A stretch of 46,053 nucleotides of DNA from Betaproteobacteria bacterium RBG_16_66_20 (GCA_001770285.1 MEQQ01000140.1:5589-51641), one strand, 5' to 3'. Numbered from the stretch's first letter, positions 1 to 12,184 are shown. The notes: generated from the letters alone by a model not told the origin. Numbers and translations: made by a program.

Positions 1-2
1 GG

Positions 3-3000
3 ATGGCCGATTACGCGATCGAAGAGCCGCCGCTGCGATCGGAGCTGTTCAGCGCCGATCAGATGGAGCAGCACGGCAAGGCGCTGGCGGCCTCGCATTC
101 GCTGGGGGCCAAACGCGCCCGCGACCTGCTGCTCACCCGCCTCGCAGAGAACGGAGGCGTGCTGCTCAGGGCCTGCGAACTGCTGACAGCGGCGATCCAG
201 GACAAGCGCCCGGGCACGCCTGCCGGGGAATGGCTGCTCGATAACTTCCACCTCATCGAAGAGGAAATTCGCACCGCCAGAAGGCACCTGCCCAAGGACT
301 ACAGTCGCGAACTGCCGCGCCTGGGCAACGGCCCGTCGGCCGGGCTGCCGCGGGTCTACGACATCGCGCTGGAAACCATATCCCACGGCGACGGACAGGT
401 GGACCCGGAGAGTTTCGGCCGTTTCATCGCGGCCTACCAGACCGTCACCACGTTGACCCTCGGCGAACTGTGGGCCGTTCCGATCATGCTGCGTCTGGCG
501 CTGATCGAGAATCTGCGCCGCGTGGGAACGCGCCTCATCGCCCATCGCACGGGCCGGGATCTGGCCGATTTCTGGGCGGACGAGATGACGGAGACCGCCC
601 AGAATGACCCCAAGAGCCTGATCCTGGTGGTCGCGGACATGGCACGGTCCAACCCGCCCATGAGCAGTTCCTTCGTGGCGGAACTTGCGCGGCGGCTGCA
701 AGGGCAGAGCGCGGCGCTGGCGATGCCGCTCAACTGGATCGAGCAGCGGCTTTCGGAACTCGGCCTGTCGATCGAGCAACTGGTGCAGTCGGAAAACCAG
801 CAGCAGGCCGCCGACCAGGTCTCCATCAGCAACAGCATCGGCAGTCTGCGCCTGCTGGCCGCGACCGACTGGCACGCGTTCGTCGAAACGATGAGCGTCG
901 CCGAACGCACTTTGCGCGAGGACCCCGGCGGCGTGTACGGCCGGATGGACTTTGCCACCCGCGACCACTATCGCCACGTGCTGGAAAAGATCGCCAGGCG
1001 CAGCGGGCTCGCCGAGGACCAGGTGGCGCGCAGCTGCCTGCAACTGGCGCGCGAGGCCGCGGCGCGGAACGATGGCGACGATCGCGCCGCGCATGTCGGT
1101 TTCTACCTCGTCGGCCGAGGCTTGCCGCAGCTGGAAGCCGTGACCCGAATGCGGGTTCCCGCTTCCCTGGCGTTGCAGCGCATCTCCGGCCGCTACATTT
1201 ATCTCGGGCCGATCGCACTGCTGACGGCGGCATTCGCGGGGGGCCTGCTCGCGCAAGCCCATGCCAGCGGGGCGCGCGGCTGGCTTCTGGTGCTGTGCGG
1301 CATCCTGGCGATACTCGGCACCAGTCAACTTGCCGTAGCCCTGGTGAACTGGCTGGCAACCCTGATGGTGACGCCGCGGCCGCTGCCACGCATGGATTTT
1401 GCCAAAGGCATTGCGCCGGAATCGCAGACTCTGGTCGTGGTTCCGACGTTCATTCACAGTGCACAGAATGTCGAGGACCTGGTCGAGGCGCTCGAAGTCC
1501 GCTTCCTGGGCAATCGGGACGCGCACCTGCAATTCGGTCTGCTCACCGATTTTGCGGATGCGCGCGAAGAAACGCTGCCACAGGACGAGCCGCTGCTGCA
1601 ACTGGCCGAACAGCGCATCGCGGCGCTGAATGAAAAATACCGCGGTACCGAAGGCGCCGGGGACGACGATGTCTTTTTCCTGTTACATCGTCCGCGTCGC
1701 TGGAATCCCCGCGAGCGGGTCTGGATGGGCTACGAGCGCAAGCGCGGCAAGCTGGGCGACCTGAATGCCTTGCTGCGCGGCGGCGCGCTCGATCGGTTCT
1801 CGCGCATCGTCGGCCGGATCGCCATCCTGTCCAGCGTCCGCTACGTGATCACGCTGGACACCGATACGCAACTGCCGCGCGACGCGGCGCGGCAACTGGC
1901 CGGCACCATGGCGCATCCGCTGAATCGCGCGCGCTACGACGACGCCAGCGGGCGCGTGACGGAAGGCCACGCCATCCTGCAGCCGCGCATGGCGGTGAGC
2001 CTGACCGACGCGAACCGCACGCGCTATGCCCGGCTGCATGGCGAGGAGGCCGGCATCGACCCGTATACGCGCATGGTCTCCGACGTCTACCAGGATCTGT
2101 TCGGCGAAGGTTCGTTCATCGGCAAGGGCATCTACGAGGTCGATGCGTTCGAGCGCGCGCTGAAAGGCCGCTTTCCGGAGAACCGCATCCTGAGTCACGA
2201 TCTGCTGGAAGGGTGCTATGCGCGCGCCGGGTTGGCCAGCGACGTGCAGCTCTACGAGCAGTATCCCGCGCGCTACAGCGAAGATGTCAGCCGGCGGCAC
2301 CGCTGGATGCGCGGCGACTGGCAGCTGGTGGGCTGGCTGCGCCGGCGCGTTCCCAGGAGCGACGCAGGCTCGGAAAAGAATCCGCTCTCGGGCCTCGCCC
2401 AGTGGAAGATCTTCGACAACCTGCGCCGCAGCCTGGTCGCCCCGGCATTGACCGTGCTGCTGCTGCTCGGATGGACCATCCTGTCGCCGGCGTGGTTCTG
2501 GACCGTGGCGGTGCTGGCAGTGATGCTGCTTCCTGCCTTGAGCGGATCGATCGTGGAGCTGTTTCGCAAACCGGACGACGCCGTGCTGCGCTCGCACCTT
2601 GCCGGCGTCCTGCGCTCGGCCGGAGGGCGCCTCGCGCAGGCGGCATTTAGCCTTGCCTGCCTGCCCTTCGAGGCCTGCTTCAGCCTGGACGCGATCCTGC
2701 GCAGCGCGGTGCGGCTGGTCACGCGCCGGCGCCTTCTGGAGTGGACGCCTTCCGGCCAGCTCGATGGCAACAGCAGTACGGGCCTTCTGGATTCCTTCCG
2801 TTGGATGTGGATCGCGCCGTTCCTGGCGATCACCACGATGTTGTATCTGTTGCAGGCACGGCCTGGAGCGCTGGCGGTGGCCGCGCCGATCCTGCTCCTG
2901 TGGCTGGCGTCCCCGCTGGTGGTGTGGTGGCTCGGCCGGCCGCTGGCGCGTCCGCAGGCGAGGCTCTCGCCCGGGCAGACCGCGTTTCTGCGCCTGGTAT

Positions 3001-6000
3001 CGCGCAAGACCTGGGCCTTCTTCGAGACCTTGGTCGGGCCAGACGACCATTGGCTACCGCCGGACAACCTGCAGGAGGGCCCCGCCGCGGTGCTCGCCCG
3101 ACGCACCTCGCCGACCAACATGGGACTCGCGCTGCTGGCGAACCTTTCAGCGTACGACTTCGGCTATCTGACGGCAGGGCAACTCCTCCAGCGCACGCGC
3201 AATGCGTTCGCCACGATGCACAGGCTGGAACGCTACCGCGGGCACTTCTACAATTGGTACGACACGCAGTCGTTGCAGCCGCTGCTGCCGATGTATGTTT
3301 CCACGGTCGACAGCGGCAACCTCGCCGGTCATCTGCTGACGCTGCGGCCGGGCCTCGCCGCCCTGGCTGAGCGGCCGATTCTCGCCGCGCGATGGCTCGA
3401 GGGGCTCGAGGACACGTTGCGGGCCTTGCGCGAGGCCGCTCCGCAGATTGCGTCGCGCGCCCTGCTCCGGTTCCGGCAGGATCTCGCGTCGGCCCTGGCG
3501 GACCGACCGGCGACGCTCCCGGCCGCGCGCCAGGTCCTGCAACGGCTGGCGGCAAACGCCGCGCAGGTCCTGCGCGATCTCGACGAGGAATCGCGCATTG
3601 AAGCCGACTCCGAACCTGCAGCCTGGGCGCGTGCCCTCGACCGGCAATGCCGGGATGTCCTGGATGAATTGACGTTTCTCGCGCCATCGCCGGCAATGCC
3701 GGACATGAACGCAATGCCGACACTGCGTGAGCTGGCGGTGCAAGGCGTTGCGCATGCCAAAGACCGCATGGAGGAGATCGCGCGGCTCGCATTGCAGGCG
3801 GGCCAAATGGCGCACATGGACTATGACTTCCTGTACGACGAGGTGCGGCATCTGCTGGTGATCGGATATAGCGTGACCGAGCGCAGGCGCGGACACAACG
3901 TGACCGAACACAGGCGCGACGCCAGCTACTACGACCTGCTCGCATCGGAGGCCCGCCTCGCCGTTTTCGTCGCGATCGCGCAGGATCAGCTGCCGCAGCA
4001 GAGCTGGTTCGCGCTGGGACGATTGCTCATCGACGCGGGCAGCGGAGCGACGCTGCTTTCCTGGAGCGGTTCGATGTTCGAATACCTGATGCCGCTGATC
4101 GTGATGCCGGCCTACGACAACACGCTGCTCGACGAAAGCTGCCGCGCCGCGGTCAGACGCCAGATCGAATACGGCGCCGAGCGCGGCGTGCCGTGGGGCA
4201 TGTCGGAGTCCGGGTACAACACCGTCGATGCGGCGCTCACCTATCAGTACCGCGCATTCGGCGTGCCGGGCCTCGGTCTGAAACGCGGCTTGAGCGAGGA
4301 TCTGGTGATTGCGCCGTATGCCACGGCGCTCGCGCTGATGGTGGAGCCCGAGGCGGCCTGCGAGAACCTGCAACGGCTCGCAGCCGACGGCATCCTCGGC
4401 AGATTCGGTTTTTACGAAGCGGTCGACTACACCCCGGCGCGTTTGCGCCGCGGCGAAACCAGCGCCGTGGTGCGTTCGTACATGGCCCACCACCAGGCCA
4501 TGAGCCTGCTGTCGCTGGCTCACCTGCTGCTCGACCGGCCGATGCAGCGGCGCTTCGCGTCGGACCCGCTGTTCCAGGCGACCCTGCTGCTGCTGCAGGA
4601 ACGGATACCACGCGCCAAGGTGCGCTATTCGAGCGATACGGAGCGCGTGGATTCGCGGGCGGCCGCCGAGACGCTCGAGATGCCGATGCGCGTCTTCAGT
4701 ACGCCCGATACGAGGATACCGGGCGTGCAGCTGCTGTCCAACGGCCGTTACAACGTGATGATCACGAACGCGGGCGGCGGCTACAGCTGCTGGAAAGACA
4801 TCGCCGTCACCCGCTGGCGCGAGGACGGCACCAGCGATCAGTGGGGCACGTTCTGCTACCTGCGCGACCTGAGCAACGGCAAGGCGTGGTCATCGGCTTT
4901 TCAGCCGACGCTGCAGCGCCCCGATCATTACGAAGCGGTCTTCACCGAACAGCGGGTCGAATTCCGCCGGCATGGCCCGGACTTCGACACGCATACCGAG
5001 ATCGTGGTGTCGCCCGAGGACGACATCGAACTGCGCCGGCTGCGCATTACCAACCGCTCGCGCAGCCGCAGGACGATCGAGGTGACCAGCTATGCCGAAG
5101 TGGTGCTCGCCTCCGCTGCCGCGGACGCCCTGCATCCGGCGTTCGGCAACCTGTTCGTGCAGACCGAGATCGTCAACGCGCGGCAGACCATCCTGTGCAC
5201 GCGCCGGCCGCGCTCGCGCGGCGAGCAGGCGCCGTGGATGCTGCATCTGATGGCGGTGCATGGCGCGGAGGTGGAATCGGTTTCGTACGAGACCGACCGC
5301 GCGCGATTCATCGGCCGCGGCAATAGCGTGGCCGCGCCGCAGGCGCTGCGCGATTCCTCCCCGCTCTCGGGCAGCCAGGGCTCGGTGCTGGACCCCATCG
5401 TCGCCATCCGGCAGCGCATTACCCTCGATCCGGCGCAGACGGCCACGCTCGATCTGGTCACCGGCATCGGCGACGGCCGCGCCGCCTGCCTGCAGCTGGC
5501 CGAGAAATACCAGGATCGGCGCCTCGCCGATCGCGCGTTCGAGATGGCCTGGACGCACAGCCAGGTGGCGCTGCGCCAGATCAACGTCACCGAGGCCGAA
5601 GCGCAGCTCTACGGGCGCCTGGCCGGCTCGATCATCTACGCCAATGCCACGCTGCGCGCGGAGGCGAGCGTCATCGCCAAGAACCGGCGCGGGCAATCCG
5701 GTTTGTGGGGATACGCGATCTCCGGGGATCTGCCCATCGTGCTGGTGCAGCTGAAGGATCCGGCCAACATCGAGCTGGTGCGCCAGCTGGTCCAGGCCCA
5801 CGCCTACTGGCGCCTGAAGGGCCTGGCGGTCGACCTGGTGATCTGGAATGAAGAGCGCGGCGGTTACCGGCAACTGCTTCACGACCAGATCATGGGTCTG
5901 ATCGCCGCCGGCGTGGAAGCCCATGTCATCGACCGGCCGGGCGGCATTTTCGTGCGCTCCGCCGATCAGATTTCGAACGAGGACCGGATACTGCTGCAGG

Positions 6001-8591
6001 CGGTCGCACGCGCCGTATTCACCGACAGCCAGGGAACCCTCAAGGATCAGGTCAAGCGGCACCCCCCGGGCGAACCGGCCATCCCGCGCTTCGCCGCGAC
6101 CCGTGTGCGCGGCGCCGCACCGGCACAGGAGCGCGAAACGCCGTCGCGCGATCTGGTCCTTGACAACGGACTCGGCGGTTTCACCCCCGACGGGCGCGAG
6201 TACGTGATCACGACAACCCCCGGGCAGGCAACCCCCGCGCCCTGGGTGAACGTGCTGGCCAATCCGCACTTCGGATGCGTGATCTCCGATAGCGGAGCAG
6301 CCTATACCTGGCATCAGAACGCCCACGAGTTCCGCCTCACCCCCTGGCACAACGACTCCGTCGGCGATGCCAGCGGCGAGGCCTATTACCTGCGCGACGA
6401 AGAAAGCGGTCACTACTGGTCACCGTCCGCGCTTCCTTGCCGCGGCACGGGCGCTTACGTCAGCCGTCACGGATTCGGCTACAGCGTGTTCGAGCACAGC
6501 GAGGACGGCATCGAAACCGAACTCACGGTCTACGTGGCCCACGACCTGCCGGTAAAGTTCGCGGTCCTGAAGGTGCGCAACGCCTCGGGCCGGTCGCGCC
6601 GGCTGTCTGCGACCGGCTACGTGGAATGGGTGCTGGGCGCATTGCGGCCGAAATCGAGCATGCACGTAGTCACCGAAATCGATCCCAACAGCGGGGCGCT
6701 GCTCGCGCGCAACGCCTATAACCCCGAGTTCGCCGAGCAGGTCGCCTTCTTCGACGTCGACGACGTGACCCGCACCATCAGCGGCGACCGCACCGAGTTC
6801 ATCGGGCGCAACGGCACGCTCGCCAATCCGGCCGCGCTGGCGCGGGCACGGCTTTCGGGCAAGGTGGGCGCGGCCATGGACCCCTGCGCCGCGATCCAGG
6901 TCCCGTTCGACCTCGCCGACGGATCGTCGCGCGAGATCATCTTCCGCATGGGCGTCGGACGCGGCACCGACGACGCGAGCCGCCTGGTGCAGCGCCTGCG
7001 CAAATCGAGCACCGCCAGCGCGGCGCTCGAAGCGGCAAAGCAGCATTGGAAGCGGGTTCTGGGCGCCGTGCAGATCGAAACCCCCGACGTATCGCTCAAC
7101 GTGCTGTGCAATGGCTGGCTGCTCTACCAGACGATGGCCGCCCGGCTCTGGGGCCGCAGCGGCCATTACCAGTCGGGCGGCGCCTTCGGATTTCGCGATC
7201 AGCTGCAGGATGTCATGGCGCTGGTTCATGCCGATGCGCAGCTGGTGCGCGAGCACCTGCTGCTGTGCGCGTCGCGCCAGTTCCTGGAGGGCGATGTGCA
7301 GCATTGGTGGCATCCGCCTTCCGGGCGCGGGGTGCGCACCCGCTGCTCGGACGATTATCTCTGGTTGCCGCTGGCGACCTGCCGCTATGTGCTTTGCACC
7401 GGGGACCGCGCGGTCCTGAGGGAGCAGGTTCAGTTCCTGGACGGCCGTGCCGTGAATCCCGAGGAGGACTCGTATTACGACCTGCCGCTGCGCTCGCTGG
7501 AAGCCGCGAGCCTGTACCAGCACTGCGTGCGGGCGATACTCATGGGGCTGAGATTCGGCGCGCACGGACTGCCGCTGATGGGGTCGGGCGACTGGAACGA
7601 CGGCATGAACCTGGTGGGCGCGCAGGGCAAGGGCGAGAGCGTGTGGCTCGCCTTTTTCCTGCACGACGTCCTGACGCAGTTCGCCCCTATCGCGCGCGGC
7701 GAAAACGATGCGGCCTTCGCCGATCGCTGTGAGGCTGAAGCGGCCCGGCTGCGCGGGAAAATCGACCAGCATGGCTGGGACGGCGAGTGGTATCGCCGCG
7801 CCTACTTCGACAACGGCATGCCGCTCGGCTCGTCGGGCAACGCCGAATGCCGGATCGATTCGATTGCGCAAAGCTGGTCGGTGCTGTCCGGAGCGGGCGC
7901 CCCCGAGCGTTCGCGGCAGGCGATGGAGGCGCTGGATCGGCGCCTGGTGCGCCGGGACCACGCGCTGGTCCAGCTATTGGATCCGCCGTTCGACACCTCC
8001 GACCTTGATCCGGGCTATATCCGCGGCTACGTGCCCGGCGTGCGGGAGAACGGCGGGCAGTACACGCATGCGGCGATCTGGGCGGCAATGGCATTTGCCG
8101 CGCTGGGCGAGACTGCGCGGGCCTGGGAACTGCTCGGCATGATCAATCCATTGCACCACGGCGAGTCGCCCGAGAGGACCGCCGTCTACAAGGTGGAACC
8201 CTACGTCGTCGCGGCCGACGTCTATGCAGTCGCGCCGCATACCGGCCGCGGCGGCTGGACCTGGTACACGGGCTCCGCCGGCTGGCTGTACCGCTTGATC
8301 ATGGAATCGCTGCTGGGATTGAGATTGACGGCGGACCGGCTGCAATTCGCGCCTTGCCTGCCGGCCGACTGGCAGGGATTCCAGCTGCACTACCGCTACC
8401 GGGAAACCCTCTACCACATCACGGTCCGCCAAGTCTCCGACGACAACGGGATCGCCGTCAGCGTGGACGGCGTAGTGCAGTCGGAGCCTGCGATACCGCT
8501 CGCCGATGATCGCCTCGACCATCAGGTGGAAGTGACCGTGCAGAAGCAGACTATTCCGAATGTAGTTCGACCCCGAAGACGCGCTTCTTGA
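3..8591 (+). CDS. ndvB: Cyclic beta-1,2-glucan synthase (NdvB/ChvB/Cgs family): GT84 domain, membrane segments, glycoamylase-like domain and C-terminal GH94 phosphorylase-like region
   Basis: 2862-aa ORF with family motifs [114 protein letters not shown]. The ATG is at the window edge, so the true start could lie upstream. Confidence 0.9.
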   Translation: MADYAIEEPPLRSELFSADQMEQHGKALAASHSLGAKRARDLLLTRLAENGGVLLRACELLTAAIQDKRPGTPAGEWLLDNFHLIEEEIRTARRHLPKDYSRELPRLGNGPSAGLPRVYDIALETISHGDGQVDPESFGRFIAAYQTVTTLTLGELWAVPIMLRLALIENLRRVGTRLIAHRTGRDLADFWADEMTETAQNDPKSLILVVADMARSNPPMSSSFVAELARRLQGQSAALAMPLNWIEQRLSELGLSIEQLVQSENQQQAADQVSISNSIGSLRLLAATDWHAFVETMSVAERTLREDPGGVYGRMDFATRDHYRHVLEKIARRSGLAEDQVARSCLQLAREAAARNDGDDRAAHVGFYLVGRGLPQLEAVTRMRVPASLALQRISGRYIYLGPIALLTAAFAGGLLAQAHASGARGWLLVLCGILAILGTSQLAVALVNWLATLMVTPRPLPRMDFAKGIAPESQTLVVVPTFIHSAQNVEDLVEALEVRFLGNRDAHLQFGLLTDFADAREETLPQDEPLLQLAEQRIAALNEKYRGTEGAGDDDVFFLLHRPRRWNPRERVWMGYERKRGKLGDLNALLRGGALDRFSRIVGRIAILSSVRYVITLDTDTQLPRDAARQLAGTMAHPLNRARYDDASGRVTEGHAILQPRMAVSLTDANRTRYARLHGEEAGIDPYTRMVSDVYQDLFGEGSFIGKGIYEVDAFERALKGRFPENRILSHDLLEGCYARAGLASDVQLYEQYPARYSEDVSRRHRWMRGDWQLVGWLRRRVPRSDAGSEKNPLSGLAQWKIFDNLRRSLVAPALTVLLLLGWTILSPAWFWTVAVLAVMLLPALSGSIVELFRKPDDAVLRSHLAGVLRSAGGRLAQAAFSLACLPFEACFSLDAILRSAVRLVTRRRLLEWTPSGQLDGNSSTGLLDSFRWMWIAPFLAITTMLYLLQARPGALAVAAPILLLWLASPLVVWWLGRPLARPQARLSPGQTAFLRLVSRKTWAFFETLVGPDDHWLPPDNLQEGPAAVLARRTSPTNMGLALLANLSAYDFGYLTAGQLLQRTRNAFATMHRLERYRGHFYNWYDTQSLQPLLPMYVSTVDSGNLAGHLLTLRPGLAALAERPILAARWLEGLEDTLRALREAAPQIASRALLRFRQDLASALADRPATLPAARQVLQRLAANAAQVLRDLDEESRIEADSEPAAWARALDRQCRDVLDELTFLAPSPAMPDMNAMPTLRELAVQGVAHAKDRMEEIARLALQAGQMAHMDYDFLYDEVRHLLVIGYSVTERRRGHNVTEHRRDASYYDLLASEARLAVFVAIAQDQLPQQSWFALGRLLIDAGSGATLLSWSGSMFEYLMPLIVMPAYDNTLLDESCRAAVRRQIEYGAERGVPWGMSESGYNTVDAALTYQYRAFGVPGLGLKRGLSEDLVIAPYATALALMVEPEAACENLQRLAADGILGRFGFYEAVDYTPARLRRGETSAVVRSYMAHHQAMSLLSLAHLLLDRPMQRRFASDPLFQATLLLLQERIPRAKVRYSSDTERVDSRAAAETLEMPMRVFSTPDTRIPGVQLLSNGRYNVMITNAGGGYSCWKDIAVTRWREDGTSDQWGTFCYLRDLSNGKAWSSAFQPTLQRPDHYEAVFTEQRVEFRRHGPDFDTHTEIVVSPEDDIELRRLRITNRSRSRRTIEVTSYAEVVLASAAADALHPAFGNLFVQTEIVNARQTILCTRRPRSRGEQAPWMLHLMAVHGAEVESVSYETDRARFIGRGNSVAAPQALRDSSPLSGSQGSVLDPIVAIRQRITLDPAQTATLDLVTGIGDGRAACLQLAEKYQDRRLADRAFEMAWTHSQVALRQINVTEAEAQLYGRLAGSIIYANATLRAEASVIAKNRRGQSGLWGYAISGDLPIVLVQLKDPANIELVRQLVQAHAYWRLKGLAVDLVIWNEERGGYRQLLHDQIMGLIAAGVEAHVIDRPGGIFVRSADQISNEDRILLQAVARAVFTDSQGTLKDQVKRHPPGEPAIPRFAATRVRGAAPAQERETPSRDLVLDNGLGGFTPDGREYVITTTPGQATPAPWVNVLANPHFGCVISDSGAAYTWHQNAHEFRLTPWHNDSVGDASGEAYYLRDEESGHYWSPSALPCRGTGAYVSRHGFGYSVFEHSEDGIETELTVYVAHDLPVKFAVLKVRNASGRSRRLSATGYVEWVLGALRPKSSMHVVTEIDPNSGALLARNAYNPEFAEQVAFFDVDDVTRTISGDRTEFIGRNGTLANPAALARARLSGKVGAAMDPCAAIQVPFDLADGSSREIIFRMGVGRGTDDASRLVQRLRKSSTASAALEAAKQHWKRVLGAVQIETPDVSLNVLCNGWLLYQTMAARLWGRSGHYQSGGAFGFRDQLQDVMALVHADAQLVREHLLLCASRQFLEGDVQHWWHPPSGRGVRTRCSDDYLWLPLATCRYVLCTGDRAVLREQVQFLDGRAVNPEEDSYYDLPLRSLEAASLYQHCVRAILMGLRFGAHGLPLMGSGDWNDGMNLVGAQGKGESVWLAFFLHDVLTQFAPIARGENDAAFADRCEAEAARLRGKIDQHGWDGEWYRRAYFDNGMPLGSSGNAECRIDSIAQSWSVLSGAGAPERSRQAMEALDRRLVRRDHALVQLLDPPFDTSDLDPGYIRGYVPGVRENGGQYTHAAIWAAMAFAALGETARAWELLGMINPLHHGESPERTAVYKVEPYVVAADVYAVAPHTGRGGWTWYTGSAGWLYRLIMESLLGLRLTADRLQFAPCLPADWQGFQLHYRYRETLYHITVRQVSDDNGIAVSVDGVVQSEPAIPLADDRLDHQVEVTVQKQTIPNVVRPRRRAS
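3864..3917 (+). repeat. 27-bp imperfect in-frame tandem duplication inside ndvB
   Basis: GGATATAGCGTGACCGAGCGCAGGCGC followed directly by GGACACAACGTGACCGAACACAGGCGC (22/27 identical), encoding GYSVTERRR / GHNVTEHRR. Confidence 0.85.
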
Positions 8592-10581
8592 GCTCGGCGA
8601 GCTGGTCGCGCGCCTGCGCCGCCTTTTCGAATTCGAGGTTCCTGGCGCAGTCCAGCATCTGCTTCTCCAGCGCGCGGATCTCGCGCGCGAGCTGCTTCTC
8701 GCTCATCGCCTCGTAGCGCGCGCCGGCCTGCGCCGCCTTCAGCTCCTGCCGCGCCCCGTCGGCGTCGTAGACACCGTCGATCAGGTCCTTGATGCGCTTC
8801 TGCACGCCGATCGGCGTGATGTTGTGCTTCGCGTTGTAGGCGATCTGCTTGTTGCGCCGCCGGTCGGTCTCGGCGATGGCGCGCTTCATGGAATCCGTCA
8901 TCCGGTCGGCGTACAGGATCGCGGCGCCGTTGATATGGCGCGCCGCGCGGCCGACGGTCTGGATCAATGAACGCTCCGAGCGCAGGAAGCCCTCCTTGTC
9001 GGCATCCAGGATCGCCACCAGCGACACCTCGGGCAGGTCCAGGCCCTCCCTGAGCAGGTTGATGCCGACCAGCACGTCGAATTCGCCGAGCCGCAGGTCG
9101 CGGATGATCTCCACCCTTTCCACGGTCTCGATCTCGGAATGCAGGTACCGGACCTTGACGCCGTGCTCGCCGAGGTAATCGGTCAGCTGTTCGGCCATGC
9201 GCTTGGTCAGGGTGGTGACCAGGACGCGCTCCTTCTTCGCGACCCGCAGGCTGATTTCCGACAGCAGGTCGTCCACCTGCGTCGCCGCCGGCCGCAGCTG
9301 CACCGGCGGATCGATCAGCCCGGTCGGGCGCACCACCTGCTCCACGATCTGCGCGGATTTGCCCGCCTCGTAGTCGGCCGGCGTCGCCGAGACGAAGATC
9401 GTCTGCCGCACCACCGCTTCGAACTCGTCGAAGCGCAGCGGCCGGTTGTCGAGCGCCGAGGGCAGTCGAAAGCCGTAATCGACCAGGTTCTCCTTGCGCG
9501 AGCGGTCGCCCTTGTACATGCCGCCGAGCTGTCCGATGGTGACGTGGCTCTCGTCGATGATCATCAGCGCGTCGGGCGCCAGGTAGTCGATCAGCGTCGG
9601 CGGCGGCTCGCCCGGCTTGCGTCCGGAGAGGTGGCGCGAATAGTTCTCGATGCCCTTGCAGAAGCCCAGTTCGACCAGCATTTCGAGGTCGAAGCGCGTG
9701 CGCTGCTCGATGCGCTGCGCCTCGACCAGCTTGAGCGCTTTCTGGAAGAAATCGATGCGCTCGCGCAGCTCGAGCTTGATCGCCTCGATCGCGCGCAGCG
9801 TGGTGGCGCGCGGCGTCACGTAATGGCTCGAGGGATAGACCGTGAAGCGCGCCATCGGGTGCTGCACCCGGCCCGTGAGCGGATCAAATACTTCCAGTTT
9901 TTCCACCGCATCATCGGACAATGAGATTCGAATTGCATGCTCGGCATGCTCGGCCGGGAAGACGTCGATCACGTCGCCGCGCACCCGGAAAGTGCCGCGG
10001 CGGAAGTCGAGCTCGTTGCGGTCGTACTGCATCGCCACCAGCCGCGCGATCACCTCGCGCTGCTGCAATTTCTCGCCTTGGCGCAGGTGCAGGATCATGC
10101 CGTGGTACTCGGAAGGATCGCCGATGCCGTAGATCGCCGACACCGTGGCGACGATCACCACGTCGCGCCGCTCCAGCAGCGACTTGGTGGCCGACAGGCG
10201 CATCTGCTCGATGTGCTCGTTGATCGACGAGTCCTTCTCGATGTAGAGATCGCGCGACGGGACGTAGGCCTCGGGCTGGTAGTAGTCGTAGTAGGAAACG
10301 AAGTACTCGACCGCGTTGTCGGGGAAAAACTCGCGGAATTCCGAATAAAGCTGCGCCGCGAGCGTCTTGTTGGGCGCCAGCACCAGCGCCGGGCGGCCGA
10401 GCCGCGCGATCGCGTTGGCCATGGTGAAGGTCTTGCCCGAGCCGGTCACGCCGAGCAGCGTCTGGAACGCGAGGCCGTCCCCGATCCCCTCGACGATCTT
10501 GGCGATCGCCTCCGGCTGATCGCCCGCCGGCGGATACGGCTGGTGCAGTTTGAACGGGCTATTGGGGAAAGCGAGATCCAC
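8551..10581 (-). CDS. uvrB: Excinuclease ABC subunit B
   Basis: Walker [53 protein letters not shown] and a C-terminal UVR coiled coil. The probable start is GTG at 10581; the ORF-track extension to 11640 is antisense to the aminotransferase. Confidence 0.97.
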   Translation of the reverse strand: MDLAFPNSPFKLHQPYPPAGDQPEAIAKIVEGIGDGLAFQTLLGVTGSGKTFTMANAIARLGRPALVLAPNKTLAAQLYSEFREFFPDNAVEYFVSYYDYYQPEAYVPSRDLYIEKDSSINEHIEQMRLSATKSLLERRDVVIVATVSAIYGIGDPSEYHGMILHLRQGEKLQQREVIARLVAMQYDRNELDFRRGTFRVRGDVIDVFPAEHAEHAIRISLSDDAVEKLEVFDPLTGRVQHPMARFTVYPSSHYVTPRATTLRAIEAIKLELRERIDFFQKALKLVEAQRIEQRTRFDLEMLVELGFCKGIENYSRHLSGRKPGEPPPTLIDYLAPDALMIIDESHVTIGQLGGMYKGDRSRKENLVDYGFRLPSALDNRPLRFDEFEAVVRQTIFVSATPADYEAGKSAQIVEQVVRPTGLIDPPVQLRPAATQVDDLLSEISLRVAKKERVLVTTLTKRMAEQLTDYLGEHGVKVRYLHSEIETVERVEIIRDLRLGEFDVLVGINLLREGLDLPEVSLVAILDADKEGFLRSERSLIQTVGRAARHINGAAILYADRMTDSMKRAIAETDRRRNKQIAYNAKHNITPIGVQKRIKDLIDGVYDADGARQELKAAQAGARYEAMSEKQLAREIRALEKQMLDCARNLEFEKAAQARDQLAELKKRVFGVELHSE

Positions 10582-10589
10582 GGGTAAAC

Positions 10590-10604
10590 TATTGCAGCGC
10601 AATA
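10590..10604. promoter_or_regulatory. Palindrome TATTGC-AGC-GCAATA in the uvrB/aminotransferase divergent spacer (candidate operator)
   Basis: Perfect 6-bp inverted repeat within a 45-bp intergenic region. Confidence 0.3.
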
Positions 10605-10626
10605 ACCAACATTCCAGTCTAGCAGA

Positions 10627-11844
10627 ATGAACGCACCGCACGCACCCTCCCCGCTCGCCGCGGTCGATATGGCGCCCAAGGACCCGATCCTTGGCGTCAC
10701 CGAGGCGTACGTCGCCGACCAGAACCCGAAAAAGGTCAATCTCGGCGTCGGCGTCTATACCGACGACAACGGCAAGGTGCCGCTGCTCGAGTGCGTGCGC
10801 CGCGCCGAGGACAGCCGCGTCAGGAGCGGCGCGCCCAAGTCTTACCTGCCCATCGACGGCATTGCCGCTTATGACAAAGCTGTCCGGGAACTCGTTTTCG
10901 GTTCTTCTTGTAGTGCTTTGAATGAAAACCGGGTCGTAACCATTCAGGCCCTGGGCGGCACCGGCGGCCTGAAGATCGGCGCCGACTTCCTCAAGCAGAT
11001 CAGTCCCGCCGCGACGGTCTGGATCAGCGAGCCGAGTTGGGAGAACCATCGCGCCCTGTTCGAAGGCGCGGGTTTCGCGGTCAGGGAATACCCGTACTAC
11101 GACCCGAAGACGCACGGCCTGAACTTCGAAGGCATGCTGGGCGGGCTGAAAAAGCTGCCGGCGGGTGCGATCGCGGTGCTGCATTCCTGCTGCCACAACC
11201 CTACCGGCGTCGACCTGACCGAGGACCAGTGGAAGCAGGTGCTGGAAGTCGTCCGGGCGCGCGCGATCGTGCCGTTCCTCGACCTCGCCTACCAGGGCTT
11301 TGCCGAGGGCGCCGACGCCGACGCCTACGCCCCGCGCCTGTTCGCGCAAGCGACGCAGCCCGTGTTCCTGTCGAGTTCCTTCTCCAAGTCCTTCTCGCTC
11401 TACGGCGAGCGCGTCGGCGCCTTCAGCCTGGTCGCCGGCAGCAGCGACGAAGCCGCGCGCGTCCTCTCGCACCTCAAGCGGATCGTGCGCGCCAACTACT
11501 CCAACCCGCCGACGCACGGCAGCGACATCGTCGCGCGGGTGCTCACGAACCCGGAACTGCGCGCGCTCTGGGATCGGGAACTGGGCGCGATGCGGGACCG
11601 CATCAAGACGATGCGCAAGGCCCTCGTCGACGGCATCCATGCGCGCGTCGCCGGCGCCGACTTTTCCTTCGTCATGCAGCAGCGCGGCATGTTCTCCTAT
11701 TCCGGCCTCACCCGGGAGCAGGTCCTGCGTCTGCGCAGCGAATATTCGATCTACACCATCGAGACCGGGCGCATCTGCGTCGCCGCGCTGACGACGAAGA
11801 ACATCGACTACGTCGCCGAGGCCATCGCCCGAGTGCTCAAGTAG
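10627..11844 (+). CDS. tyrB: Aromatic/aspartate aminotransferase (class I PLP)
   Basis: [47 protein letters not shown] (PLP lysine), [12 protein letters not shown]. Conserved uvrB-aminotransferase-tRNA-Asn layout. Confidence 0.92.
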   Translation: MNAPHAPSPLAAVDMAPKDPILGVTEAYVADQNPKKVNLGVGVYTDDNGKVPLLECVRRAEDSRVRSGAPKSYLPIDGIAAYDKAVRELVFGSSCSALNENRVVTIQALGGTGGLKIGADFLKQISPAATVWISEPSWENHRALFEGAGFAVREYPYYDPKTHGLNFEGMLGGLKKLPAGAIAVLHSCCHNPTGVDLTEDQWKQVLEVVRARAIVPFLDLAYQGFAEGADADAYAPRLFAQATQPVFLSSSFSKSFSLYGERVGAFSLVAGSSDEAARVLSHLKRIVRANYSNPPTHGSDIVARVLTNPELRALWDRELGAMRDRIKTMRKALVDGIHARVAGADFSFVMQQRGMFSYSGLTREQVLRLRSEYSIYTIETGRICVAALTTKNIDYVAEAIARVLK

Positions 11845-11864
11845 GTCTGCGGCCTTTTTTTCTA

Positions 11865-11877
11865 TATAATTCCGGCC
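11865..11877 (+). promoter_or_regulatory. -10 box TATAAT with GC-rich discriminator, tRNA promoter
   Basis: Perfect TATAAT at 11865-11870 followed by TCCGGCC, 18 nt before the tRNA; typical stable-RNA promoter layout. The -35 element is unclear. Confidence 0.65.
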
Positions 11878-11888
11878 CTTCGCACGAT

Positions 11889-11964
11889 TCCTCGATAGCT
11901 CAGTTGGTAGAGCGTCGGACTGTTAATCCGCAGGTCCCTGGTTCGAGTCCAGGTCGAGGAGCCA
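11889..11964 (+). tRNA. tRNA-Asn(GTT)
   Basis: Acceptor stem TCCTCGA/TCGAGGA, D arm GCTC-AGTTGGTA-GAGC, anticodon loop CTGTTAA, T arm CCTGG-TTCGAGT-CCAGG, encoded CCA; 76 nt. Confidence 0.97.
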
Positions 11965-12007
11965 GACCCCAGTGCGACCCTCAAACCTCACTGCCCGGGT
12001 TCAATCG

Positions 12008-12184
12008 ATGGAAATGTCAGCCGAAGAAATCAAGCAATTCTGGCGCGGCTTCTGCCAGCGCCGCAAGATCAGCGCGGACGTCGTCGCCAAGGGCGAGGCG
12101 ATCATCGACAAGGACCCGGAATACTGGGCCGACCAGACCATGGGCGACCTGCTCGATTCGATTTCCGGCAAGAAGCCGAGTTGA
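12008..12184 (+). CDS. Small hypothetical protein (58 aa)
   Basis: MEMSAEEIKQFWRGFCQRRKISADVVAKGEAIIDKDPEYWADQTMGDLLDSISGKKPS; host-like GC3-rich codons, protein-like composition, fills the gap between the tRNA and the ABC operon. Confidence 0.7.
   Translation: MEMSAEEIKQFWRGFCQRRKISADVVAKGEAIIDKDPEYWADQTMGDLLDSISGKKPS

Noticed and set aside
9882-9894. IHF-like site GATCAAATACTTC in the uvrB patch
   Set aside because: Two mismatches to WATCAANNNNTTR, and I could not find the consensus in the other patches.
10582-11640. Apparent 350-aa N-terminal extension of UvrB (1029-aa ORF)
   Set aside because: It is the stop-free antisense frame of the aminotransferase gene; UvrB similarity starts at GTG 10581.
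11915-11931. U-C mismatch at the top of the tRNA anticodon stem
   Set aside because: A pyrimidine mismatch at this position is common in proteobacterial tRNA-Asn and does not indicate a pseudo-tRNA.
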